A DNA stretch of 64,000 nt, taken from Anthoceros angustus (lineage: Eukaryota; Plantae; Anthocerotophyta). A program made the translations under genes and the position numbers. Every line of letters starts with the position of its first letter. Position 1 is the first letter of the stretch. The notes under the pieces were generated by a model that was not told the origin of the DNA, did no database searches, and saw nothing but the letters and a program-made list of their open reading frames with translations. The stretch covers positions 1,488,001 to 1,552,000 of the forward strand of contig MU008160.1 in the NCBI GenBank assembly GCA_010909165.1, in the 5' to 3' direction. Below, piece after piece: positions 1-10,180 of the stretch.

Positions 1-3000
1 GACCTGGCCAGCCTCTTGGACCCTGCGCAAGCGGGAGTTGGCATCTGTACCCTCGAACACATGGGAGCTTCTGTGGCCGGCACCGGCACCATGGCCGTCT
101 GTTCTCCTGCTTGTGCTGCAGTCATGTGGGCCCTGCATCAACAGGCAGCCGTGAGGGTACCGTTCTTCTTCTACCACGCCATGGGTTGCCAACAGAACCA
201 CACCGCTGTTTGCCAGCCCGTCCAGCACAGCTTTCTTGGTCATGTTCCGACCCACGCAGGGCTGGACGTTGAAGTACGAGGCCACAGTGATGGCTTCGTG
301 CAGCGAGAAGTCCAGCTGGGGCCAGCCCAGGCCCATGGGTTCTGGGTTGCCAGCTATGAAGGCAACCTGGCCCTTGCTGAGCTGCTTGCTTCGATGGAGT
401 GGCTCGACGGCGTGCATTCCTTGGGCAGGTAAGCTGACCGACTGCAGGGAAGAAACGTCGTCCACGAGACCCGGGAACTGCATCCTGGCCTGGAACTTGT
501 CCTGCCGCTGTAAGCATCTGTACAAAGTTGTGATGGAAGGGATGACAGCCACACCTCTGGTTGCTTGCAGTTGGACCAGGAACTTGCCCTTCCTCTCGTC
601 ATACAAAGCGGCAAAGGGCACCTGAGACAAGCACCCGTGCCCTGGTGCGAAAACGAGAGTGTCACAGCCCTCCAGGTCTGCCTCTATGAACTGCACCAGG
701 AGTGCGTGCAGAGTGGCCAAGGCTTTGATGGGCCTCCGGCTCCTCGTGTCTTCCTCATTCTGAATGTCAGTCCGAGCCTGGCTTATCAGTCCCTCCAGAC
801 TAGTTGTGGGTGACTCGCCTGCATCCTTAAACCAGGTTCTCAGGTGACAGATCGTGCAAAACTGGTTCACGAGCGCGAGGTTGGGAGATTCGGCTGATTG
901 TCTGATGACATAAATGTACAACAACCCCAGCCATGTGTTGTAGACATAGTGGATGATGGCAGTCTTGGGGCTTAGCGATTGTGCAGTGGCCCAGATTATG
1001 CTCTCCAACAAAGTGTCGCACTGGTCCAATGCCATGGGCTTGAAAAATGGTTCCTCCCCTCCTTTGATATGGATCTGGTGCAAGAGAAAGCGCACGTTGG
1101 CCCTTTCCGCCCAAATCAAGCCTCGCGTAGGATTTCGAAGGCCGTTGATCCACAAATCCTGCAGGAGCCAGTAGACCATCTCCATCTTCTGATCGAAAAA
1201 CAGAACCCAAGCTAGGGGTTTACTGTCTTGATAACAAGTCTCCCGTTGTTCCACAGCGGCAAGTACAGCAGCCTCCTCAGCCACCATAGCAGCCCTCACC
1301 CATTCCTGTCGCTCTTCAATTTCTGATGACTCAGCCCTCTCCATGTTCTGTTGCTCTTCAATTTCTGTTGACTCAGCCCTCTTCAATTTCTGTTGATCCC
1401 GTAGGACACGGGCTTTCTGCCGCAGGACAAGGGCTTGCTCGAATTTGGCCAGGACCAGGTAGACACCATCATTGGCTGCCAATGTTACTGCTTCCTCGGT
1501 ATAGGTCCATGCTGCTGCCGGATCCCCGAGCCTCAAGGCTGCTCTGGCCTGCAGCAAGCGCACCTGCAAACCAGACACAGTGTGACCAGTCATATCCTGC
1601 GACACTGTCGTCCCCAGCTCTGCATCGAGCTTTTCGTACTGTTTCAATCTCTCGAGAGCCAGGCACAAAATGACGCGCACATTCATCTCCAAGATCTTCG
1701 CCTTGTGGAAGGTCACCTCAGTGCTCTTAACCTTTTGAAGCGCTTTCAGTGCCTGCTGAGATTTCCTCTCGGCCATCTTCCAGTTACCATTCTTAATGTG
1801 GAGCCCAGCAGTCACCTTCATCAACACCAACTCATGGAAAAGTGGACCACGACCTGTTTCCACCTGATCCGTCCCAGCTAGTGCCTCCTTCATGTATTTA
1901 AGAATGGTTTCAGCCTGCTTGAGGTCGCCCATGTCCTCTGCTATAACTGCCTTCAAAAGGTTCCAACGATTCCATAGCAACCTCCCTTCCACCCTCCCTT
2001 CCAGAAGTTTGTCCACGTATGCATCCATTACATCCACCAACTCGTAGGCTGAAGACCATCTCCTGCAATCATGGTGATTATCGAGGAGAGACAGCATCCT
2101 CTCGACAATGCGCTCGGAAAGGGATTCATCTAGCCGCTGGGATGCTAACATGACATCCTTCATCATCAGAACGAATCTCTCGGAATCCCCAGCCCTGTGC
2201 CAGTACATTGCTGCTTGGGACTGCAACCAAGTCTTTGAAGGGGAGTCCCAAAACAGTGACTGCAGGAAGAGGACTTCAGCAGCAGAGCTGTAAGCAGCTG
2301 CACGATCATAGATGTCCAAAAGCAGCTGCAACGTATCCAATATCCGTGGATATATTTGTGCTGGCGGCGATCGCCGGTGGCTGTTAGCAAGCCAGAGGCC
2401 CAACTCCTCCTGTGCATTGGGCCTATCAGCTGGTTTGCCCAATATCATGACGCAAAGTGCGTAACACACAACATCCACGGAGTCTGCGTCTCTTGGAGAA
2501 GCCGGCTTCTGAGGGTAGCACATAGCAGCCAACTTGAATATGCATTCACAAAGAGCCCAGACCTTCACCGGTCCGGTATCGCCTTCAGATCCCTTCACTA
2601 CGGCAAACCAAAGCGCTCTTGCGGAGTGAGTTAGCATCCATGCGTACTCTTCACGCTTGAGCGCCGGTGCGTAGGCTTCAGGCACGAAATCCACATCACC
2701 TAGCCCTGCCCGCATAGAGATCTCCAGAGAGGGAGTCTCGAGTGCATCAGGCATGTGCAACCCTGCCAGCAAAGTCTCACCTAATCTGGATGCACACTCC
2801 GACTCCACAAATGCCTCGGCAACCTTGTAGTACGCATGGACACATGCGCATCTAGCGTCAGGTCCCTGAGGAACTGATTCCTCACATTCCACCACATCAC
2901 TGACTGGATGAGATTCATCGCTGCCAAGGATAAGGAATGGATAAAACGCGTGCCGGTCTGGGCAATCTGCAGGTACCCTGGGATCAATGGCATGGATCAT

Positions 3001-3552
3001 GAGGTACCCCAGACTCTCTGCGACCAGGCAGACTACGAACTGATGGAAGAAGCGGGAGCCCACACAGGCCTGCTCCACCTGGATAGCTCTAGAAAGGTAC
3101 AATTCGGCGGCTGCCCAGTCCCCTTTGGAAGCGTAAATCAGCCCCTTGAATCCTGCAACCCAGGCTTTTCCTTGCGGGAGGCTTTCAGATTCCGCCTGCA
3201 CCTGTAGCTCCACTTCTGCGCAAGCATCCAAAGCAATTTCGTGATAACACTCAAGGGCCTTCACCCCTGCCGCTGCAAGATTCATACAAACTCGCCGTCG
3301 GACAGCAACCTTTTCACAGCCATTTTCAGTCAGCCTGTACTCCTCAACCTTGTTCATCACGTCTTCAACAGTCAAGCACTCCCGCACAGGCATCTCCTCT
3401 AACAACCCCGGTGTGTGAAGAGTAGCCGCTCTCAATTGGCGGACAAAATACGGCGTGAATAGCTCATGATCATGCCGTGTTCCCGACCCATGGCCACTTG
3501 CCATCTGCACATTCTGCATTTCGTGCTCGAGGTACAAGATGGCTCCAGTCAT
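1..3552 (-). CDS. TPR-repeat + CHAT (caspase-like, clan CD) protease, paralog A; 3' end runs off the left edge of the window
   Basis: Manual translation: ATG at 3552 (MTGAILYLEHEMQNVQMASGHG...). No stop was found in the frame-checked stretches, and the frame is consistent at 3552, 3000, 1212 and 1, giving about 1184 codons in the window. It is absent from the ORF track because its stop lies outside the window. It is collinear with the 43968 ORF and contains WAERANVRFLLHQI and the CHAT His motif VLLATHG (His codon 181-183). Confidence 0.9.
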   Translation of the reverse strand, partial: MTGAILYLEHEMQNVQMASGHGSGTRHDHELFTPYFVRQLRAATLHTPGLLEEMPVRECLTVEDVMNKVEEYRLTENGCEKVAVRRRVCMNLAAAGVKALECYHEIALDACAEVELQVQAESESLPQGKAWVAGFKGLIYASKGDWAAAELYLSRAIQVEQACVGSRFFHQFVVCLVAESLGYLMIHAIDPRVPADCPDRHAFYPFLILGSDESHPVSDVVECEESVPQGPDARCACVHAYYKVAEAFVESECASRLGETLLAGLHMPDALETPSLEISMRAGLGDVDFVPEAYAPALKREEYAWMLTHSARALWFAVVKGSEGDTGPVKVWALCECIFKLAAMCYPQKPASPRDADSVDVVCYALCVMILGKPADRPNAQEELGLWLANSHRRSPPAQIYPRILDTLQLLLDIYDRAAAYSSAAEVLFLQSLFWDSPSKTWLQSQAAMYWHRAGDSERFVLMMKDVMLASQRLDESLSERIVERMLSLLDNHHDCRRWSSAYELVDVMDAYVDKLLEGRVEGRLLWNRWNLLKAVIAEDMGDLKQAETILKYMKEALAGTDQVETGRGPLFHELVLMKVTAGLHIKNGNWKMAERKSQQALKALQKVKSTEVTFHKAKILEMNVRVILCLALERLKQYEKLDAELGTTVSQDMTGHTVSGLQVRLLQARAALRLGDPAAAWTYTEEAVTLAANDGVYLVLAKFEQALVLRQKARVLRDQQKLKRAESTEIEEQQNMERAESSEIEERQEWVRAAMVAEEAAVLAAVEQRETCYQDSKPLAWVLFFDQKMEMVYWLLQDLWINGLRNPTRGLIWAERANVRFLLHQIHIKGGEEPFFKPMALDQCDTLLESIIWATAQSLSPKTAIIHYVYNTWLGLLYIYVIRQSAESPNLALVNQFCTICHLRTWFKDAGESPTTSLEGLISQARTDIQNEEDTRSRRPIKALATLHALLVQFIEADLEGCDTLVFAPGHGCLSQVPFAALYDERKGKFLVQLQATRGVAVIPSITTLYRCLQRQDKFQARMQFPGLVDDVSSLQSVSLPAQGMHAVEPLHRSKQLSKGQVAFIAGNPEPMGLGWPQLDFSLHEAITVASYFNVQPCVGRNMTKKAVLDGLANSGVVLLATHGVVEEERYPHGCLLMQGPHDCSTSRRTDGHGAGAGHRSSHVFEGTDANSRLRRVQEAGQV

Positions 3553-3725
3553 ATTCGAGCTCCTTGTCCACACTTCACCTGCATCAATTGCTCAAGTCCC
3601 AACCAGTCTGCATATTCCAGCGCTTTGTCCACACTTCACCTGCATCGACTGCTTAAGTCCCAACCCCAGTCATATTCCAGCTCTTTGTCCACACTTCACC
3701 TGCATCAATTGCTCAAGTCCCAACT
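3550..3725. repeat. Three ~60-bp tandem units overlapping the start codon of paralog A
   Basis: Units begin with catatt at 3550, 3611 and 3671 and contain ttgtccacacttcacctgcatc; seen directly. Confidence 0.9.
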
Positions 3726-4029
3726 GTGAGGGAATGGAGAATGCAGACCTATCTGAAGAGGATGTCGAATGTGTCCCGATCACGCAGAGTCTCTTTGCCT
3801 GAAGCTTTCCTCATCAGTATTTTATTTCTGCCTGCACCAGCGTTGTCTGCACAGCACAACTCCACGTCACGGAGCCGTACATCAACCCAGTCCCCCGGTA
3901 TTTTACTTTTGTTCACGCAAGAAGAATCCCGGTCAAAGACGGCGGAGGACAAGTGGTTTTTGCGGACGGTATCTTCTGCACATGCCACAGTTTCCGGAAA
4001 CACAACGGTGAAGAAAGGCGTCAGGGAGC
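3553..4029. promoter_or_regulatory. Putative shared bidirectional promoter/5' UTR region between TPR-CHAT A and the RPW8-like gene
   Basis: 477 bp between two divergent ATGs. Promoter function is inferred from geometry only. Confidence 0.4.
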
Positions 4030-5440
4030 ATGGCAGATGTTACAGCAGGTCTGGTAGGCTATGGAGTGTCCAAAGCGTTGGATCGGGTGCTGGATTATGT
4101 AGGCAAAGCGTTGAAATTGTTTGACTACTGCGAGGATCTGCAAACTCTTCTACGCTGGGTCAAACCGGGGGTTGCATTTGCGGAGGCAAAGAAGTCCTCA
4201 ACGGCACTTGAAGCATCGGGCGAGGCAGTGGAGAACTGGCTGGAAGCCTTGGGCTCTCTGTTGAAGGACGCAGAACAAGCGCTTACCCGAGCTCTAAAAT
4301 CTGTTCCTAAGAAGTCTTTCAACCTGGTGAAGCGGAAGAAGCATTCAGACCGGATCCGAAAGCTCACAGAACAGATTAGAAAAGTAGGGGATGGCTGCCC
4401 GTTCGCAATCTTGTCTGTAGTCACAGACATCAAGAGTGATACTACAGCCATCAAGTGTGATACTACAGCCATCAAGAGTGATGCTACAGCCATCAAGAGT
4501 GATACTACAGCCATCATCAGCCATCTCAGAATCCAGCGTTTGTCGCAGCAGGGGAAGGCTGCTCCCCAGCACCCATTGGTCCAGAAATTGAAGGAACTGA
4601 GGAGAAGCACCAGACGTGACGAGAGGTGCCCCGTGGGGCTGAAGGTAGCAGACACGCATACCCGGCAGTTTCACGTTCCTGGAGAGAGTTTAGGTTCTGG
4701 ATCTGCCGATCAGGAGGAAGAGGCCAACCATCGAGGTAAGGTTGTGAAGGGAGGTATCGAAGTGAACAATGCCACAAAGCTCCGACTCACCATGGAACCT
4801 AAATTTGGAGGAGACTGGTTCTTCTACATTTTGTTTCTGGACCACTTCGAAGGCACCCCGTCTATCTACTTCCCGGAGGAATCGGGTCACGACAACACGC
4901 TTGTCAGGCAAGTGGAGGGGAGAGACAGGCCTGTTTGCAAATCTGGCTCTCTTCTTAAGTACTTTCTTTCTTTCTGTCTTTCTGTCTGAGGAGAACTACA
5001 TCTCATTTCAAGGAGTTGTTCAGGTCCGAAAGAGTCTTCCCAAACAATGACGACTATGACGATGATCCAGAGACCATGAAACTGGAGAAGCAGCAACGGC
5101 CCCTCAGATGCTTGCGAGCGAGTTACCTTGTACCTTGTTGTGGTCGACACTCGCGTGGAACCAGGTACGGTATGTCATAACATGTTGAGGAACATTGTTT
5201 TGTTAAGACGGGAAAATGTAGTGGACTGCAGTGGAAGAATGCACACCGGTTGTACTCATAGCTCCTACTTCTGCAGAGGATCCCTCCGGAAGCATCACCC
5301 TTGAAGATGTGGAGAGGCACTTGCAATCTCCTGCTCTAGACGCTATCATCAAGCATTGGATTTTTGACATACGGCCTCCGCGGTTTTGAGGCTCACAATG
5401 GAGGAGTAGTTTGGACTGCGATCAATCATGGACAGTCGAA
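4030..5440 (+). CDS. RPW8-like (four-helix-bundle) domain protein with heptad repeats and a DUF4384-like C-terminal domain; predicted exons 4030-4958, 5024-5164, 5277-~5440
   Basis: N-terminus MADVTAGLVGYGVSKALDRVLDYV...LGSLLKDAEQAL...SFNLVKRKKHSDRIRKLTEQI...VVTDIK follows the RPW8 pattern (hydrophobic MADA-like helix 1; L..LL..A..L; NL.K+.+Y..+I+.L; DIK). Predicted GT-AG introns are 4959-5023 and 5165-5276. The frame across exons 2-3 is restored with the consensus of the three copies, because copy 1 has a 2-nt deletion near 5085 and an extra T near 5361. The 3' boundary against the LINE is uncertain. Confidence 0.72.
4428..4515 (+). repeat. Coding 21-bp x4 tandem repeat (IKSDTTA heptads)
   Basis: catcaagagtgatactacagc and variants, four times in frame directly after the RPW8-like domain. 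Confidence 0.95.
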
Positions 5441-6154
5441 TTGTCTCGGTGTTCACAGGACTATTGTCGACGAGGCTCGATTTCAAAAGAAACATGTCTA
5501 TTGTTGTTTTGTAGACTTCAACATACTCTTCAACTCTGTGCCTTGGGACAAGCTCTTTGATAGGTTGAATTCTTTGAATATGCCTCCAAAGCTCTAGCAT
5601 GCTGCCATTCTTTTGTATTCTTGTGTCTGTACTCATGAAGACTCTCTGGCCTGGCTGCTCACCAGATTCTCATCGAGCTTGACGTGAGAGAGGGTGATAC
5701 TCATGAAGACTCCTGGCCTGGCTGCTCACCAGATTCTCATCGAGCTTGACGTGAGAGAGGTGATACTCATGAAGACTCCTGGCGTGGCTGCTCACCAGAT
5801 TCTCATCGAGCTTGACGTGAGAGGGTGACCCATTATCTTCTAATCTCTTTGATTTCTATATTGATGAACTTGAGGAGTGGCTTCTTGCAACAGGTGATAG
5901 CGGTGCGAGCCTGATTATTCCTTAACAGTATTCCGATCCTACTTTATGCTAATGATATTGTCCTTTTCTCCTATATGGCTGAAGCGTGATGTGCTCTCTG
6001 ACTTTTGCAATGCCTAGGGTGTTAATCTTCGCAAGACAAAGATCATGAGTTACAATTCTAGGGACTACAACGACATGAGTAAATTCTACTATCAAGAAGA
6101 GGAGGTGGAAATGGTTCACTCTTATACTTACCTTGGAGTCACAATTTTCGATCC
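5440..6154 (+). mobile_element. Degenerate non-LTR retrotransposon (LINE) reverse transcriptase fragment
   Basis: Translates with frameshifts to HRTIVDEARFQKKHVYCCFVDF..FNSVPWDKLF, REGDPLSSNLFDFYIDEL, LLYANDIVLF (YADD-like), KTKIM and VHSYTYLG. It is cut at 6155 by an LTR. Copies lie at ~29367-30080 (-) and ~31470-32190 (+). Confidence 0.78.
5630..5830. repeat. ~62-bp x3 tandem repeat inside the LINE fragment
   Basis: actcatgaagactc(t)ctggc(c/g)tggctgctcaccagattctcatcgagcttgacgtgagagagggtgat three times. Confidence 0.9.
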
Positions 6155-7949
6155 TGTCATGCCATGTGACACTAATTTTTGCACTTGGGTTTAGTGTTTG
6201 ATTAGCATTAATTAATGTAGTTACTTATCTTTAAGTTAATAATTAGCATTAATTAATCTAAAGCACTTATGTTAATCAAATATTGATTAGTATTAATTAA
6301 ACATGGTTAGCAATAGCTAAGTGGATAAGCTCTAGAAAATGCTCAAAGATATTCCTTGCATTATAGTGTATTCTTAGAATATTTAGGCGTATCTTGATGT
6401 CGATAGGATATCTTGGGAATATACCAAATGCCAAGGCTAGTATATAGACCCTTTAGAGGACAGCTCGGATCGCTTGTCCCCCAAATATACAACGCAAGAG
6501 TGTTGTGAGGAGGCCAAAAGCTATGGCAGAAGCGATGTGTGAGGAATTTGCGCGTTGTTCGTGGGAGAATGTGTTTTGTGCCATACAACGTTACCACTTC
6601 TATCATGATCCGTGTGCACGCTAGATAGCATAGAATTGATAAGATTGCTGGGCTTGGTATCTTTGGCGATGCTAAGCCGTGTCGAACAGTGTGCTGGCGA
6701 TCTTGGCGGCTAGCGCTTTAAGCAGTAGGCAAGGACCTCTAAGTGTGCAAAGCCCAAGTCAAGGAGAGGAGGAGGGTGTGAGCATGGTAAGGTGACACTA
6801 ATTTAGGAAGCAGTGGCAGTCTCTAAGTGGTGTTTTGCATTACGTCAGATTTTAATAATTGAAATTATGCATTTATTAGATATTTTTAGGGCTATTCGTT
6901 TTTAACTTCATAGATATATTGAAGGGCTAAAATTTTTAGGGATAAAATTAATTTATTTGATATATTAGCAGATTAAGTCTTGCTATATATGCTAGGAACA
7001 ATTTATTATCCAAACTCGTAAGTGACCAAATGATGAAGCGAGGCGGAAGCAGCGGGATGTATTGACCTTTTAGGGTGATAATAAGGTTATCCACTTCCAT
7101 CGTGCTCTAATGTTGAGACTCACAAGCATTCGTTTTGTGCATGCATCACACCGAATCTGAGCTCAAACTTGGGCCGGCGATGAGGGCGGTTGGCGGCCAT
7201 GAGTCCCTACATGGCTTCGCTAGAGCTAAGGTCGACAAGGGCAATAGGGCGTGATAAGGGCGGACTATGCTAAGTCGCTGAGTGAACTAGGTTCTTACGG
7301 CGGTTGGGAGCTTGGTGCAGGCGATGGCGATGGCTTTGTGCGGCTGCTGTTTGGCCACGTCGGTGCTTTCCCGAACGAGGAGCTTTGTGGTGCGGCCAAA
7401 AGGCAGTGGGTGCGCGCGGCGAACGCGATAGGCAGCCAGCATCTTCAGAGGTTTTTTGTGTGAGCGTGTGTGAGGGAGGGCGTGTGCGACTATTGCTATT
7501 GCACCGTGAGGTGCAGACACTTGCTTGAAGCCTGTTTGGTTTGTTTGGAGACTGTGCTGGGTTCACTATAAGGCTCCTTAACTTGTGCTCAACGTTTCTG
7601 GTAACAGCTCCCAGACCAATCCCGACAGTTTGACAACAAGCTAAGATTCTTTACATAGGTGAGGGAGGAAGCCGTCCGTGAGGGAGGGAAGCTGGCCGTG
7701 AGGGAGGGAAACAAATTCTGGGAAACCCATCAATTGTTCTATCCCCTTTCTTTCTAGTTAGTATTGAGTCTGACGGCTATCTCTGCACTCATTTTCCTCT
7801 GTACAGACACGAGCACATGACTGATTTGTGTGTGCTTGTGGTTGTTTGTCTTTCCTGTACTGCTGTCATCATGGGGAGGTGGTGGCACTGCTCATTTACG
7901 CGCTTGGACTATTAACCTGACCTGTGTAAAGGTGAAATGCTCCTTTCAC

Positions 7950-10180
7950 GCTACTTTCCTTCGCTGTTGCTACATGTGTATTACCATTTAAGTGTCCTGG
8001 TTCTGAGGAATGTGGTGGGTTCAGGTCAAGTTGAGGACACCATGTCACTAGCAACGAGCAGGGTGAAGGCTCAGCAGCGTGTGGCGGGAGATCTTCTTGG
8101 CGATAATTCCGGTGGTGTGTCAAGCGCCTCCTGTGCAACCAAGATGGACAAGAACGCTGGGCGCCTGCTGAAGGCTAGGTTGGATAGATTTGCAAAAGTG
8201 AATGCGGCTCTGCAAGAACACGACATTCCTGAAAAATTCAGGGGGGAGCATTGGTGCCGCACTGGATATGGAATTGTCAACTCGGATATGAGCGTCGGAT
8301 GTCGAACTACAGTTGGACTAAAGGAGGCTATTGAGGTGAAGATGAGATCAAGAGGCATTTTGAGGATGTCACTAATGGACATGATGGATACCTCTTGGGG
8401 ATCACGGACCTCTTGTCGACATAGAGGGACGACGTGCCTTCCCAACTCTGGAGAGCTCCGAGATTGCTATGAGGAACGCCTTGTGGTGTTTCCTGGCTCC
8501 CGATGTGAGTAGAACACTCTTCCAAATCAACCTCGCTCTGCGTCATCACCTGCCACCACAACAAGTTGCGAAGAATCGTTTGTATAATCTCGAAGGGACT
8601 TCCACAACTGTAATTTCTTCTCCAACGATCGCCTTATCCGCTTCCTCTTCTCAACCTAAATAGTACAGGACCAATTCACACGCCAAGCTTCTTCTCGATT
8701 AGGAACCCAAGTGCCACAAACCATGGCACCCTCTGCGATGCAACAGCTGTGGGAGCCCAGGGAAGCACAGAAGGCCATGAAGAAGGACGGACCTCCGGCT
8801 GCAAAGAAGGTAGAAGAGGAGGCCGGCAAGAAGGGAGACGAGCAGTCTCCAAATCAGATTGCTACAGTGGCGGTAAGAAAAGAATCAGCAAGCCAGCCTA
8901 TGTGTACTGAGCCATGGGCACCAAAGGTTGTCATGGATGAGGTCTGTGGAAAAATTCGTGCAGAGTTGGAAGCTTGTGCTGCAGAGGAGGCTGTTTTGTC
9001 AAAAGATGGGGAGGAGGCACTCTTGGATTTGGGCAACACCAAGGTCCAGCTTGCCGACATGGTCATGAACAGTGGAGGGCTTGACGAGAGAGTGTTCGCG
9101 AGACTTTGTACAGCATTCATAATTCTGTGCTTGACAAAACTAAGTATTCTGAGGGTGTTTCTGACCAGTTAAAGGAGAAAATAATTGTGAGGGACAAGCT
9201 CCGTGAGACCTTGGCCGGCCTTGAAAACATGAAGGATGTTCTCCGGCGTGTTCAACAACTGGGCACAGAACATGGATCACCTACGTGGGTGTCGGCTCCC
9301 TGCCTCTCCCGCCAAGTCATGCCCCCGTCTGTAACGGCGTGTAGTGTTTGTACGCGGTAAGTATGGATTCTTCACAACACACGGGACACCACCGTGGTAA
9401 GTGTGGATTCTTCACAACACACGGGACGTGGTGTCCGCACTGATGTCTGAAGTAGCATGGCCTTGCCCCTCCTCATCCACGGTATTCGGCCGGAGGAGTT
9501 TCTCCTGGTGGATGTAGGCCTCATACATGATAGTTCCCCAATCCGGCTTGGCTCCTCACGAAATCTTCCACAAGAATTGAAGGAAATTGGTGCTGAAATA
9601 GGAAGTGCGTTGGTAATTCACCAATCCCAAGACGATCTTGGCAAAGAGCCTCCACTTCAGCTCCTTGATGCTGTCCGTCTTCCTGCCGTTCTTGGCGTGG
9701 GCTTTCACTCCCCCATCCATCATGTCTAAGACCTCCTGTGGAATTTCCGAAATGGAAATCCTCTTCCCTCCGTTCGTCCTCTCGAGGAGAGCGATTCCTG
9801 AGCTCTCCTCCTCCGGTCTCCCATACACCTGGCGAATGCTTGAGGCCCAACAACAACGGCCGGGCCGAGCATTCCGAAGGCGGCAGGGCGCCTCGATTGA
9901 TGGAGGTTGATGTAACACTCCTCAATCAACTCCAAATTGGTGTAGGCCTATTGACGCCCATACACCCATCTCAATTGGATGTTCTCCTCTTACGCCCATT
10001 GCTGAAATCCACCAAGTCTCGGGATTGAGTTGCCACAAACATGTAAATTGGGGCATCTCGAAATCTCCTCGCTGCCTCCGGCTGCTGCCTTCTTGCCTTT
10101 TCCTCCTCCGAGTCGAGCCCTTGGCGCCGCCTTCCTTGCCCTTAGTTTCCGAGTCATGGCGCCTTCTCGCTCTCCAAGCG
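7950..10180 (-). pseudogene. Frameshifted antisense accessory ORF of the LTR element (plant-transposon-protein-like domain plus charged coiled-coil region)
   Basis: Peptides KGKGKAAPAKG...GGDFEMPQF; LELIEECYINL; WRLFAKIVLGLVNYQRNSYFSTNFLQFLWKISRGAKPDWGTIMYEAY (best preserved in copy 3, 35255-36152), followed by E/K/L-rich segments. Split across frames in all three copies. Confidence 0.55.

Noticed and set aside
16-3207. Many short ORFs listed in the track over 1-3200 and 44313-47774
   Set aside because: Off-frame or antisense shadows of the two TPR-CHAT genes.
5630-5830. CRISPR-like array (also considered for 3550-3725 and 4428-4515)
   Set aside because: The units are contiguous tandem repeats without unique spacers; no cas genes; eukaryotic context.
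7251-7600. gag ORF of the LTR element
   Set aside because: The position after the PBS-like motif fits, but the three copies give inconsistent frames and I could not identify a gag or zinc-knuckle motif.
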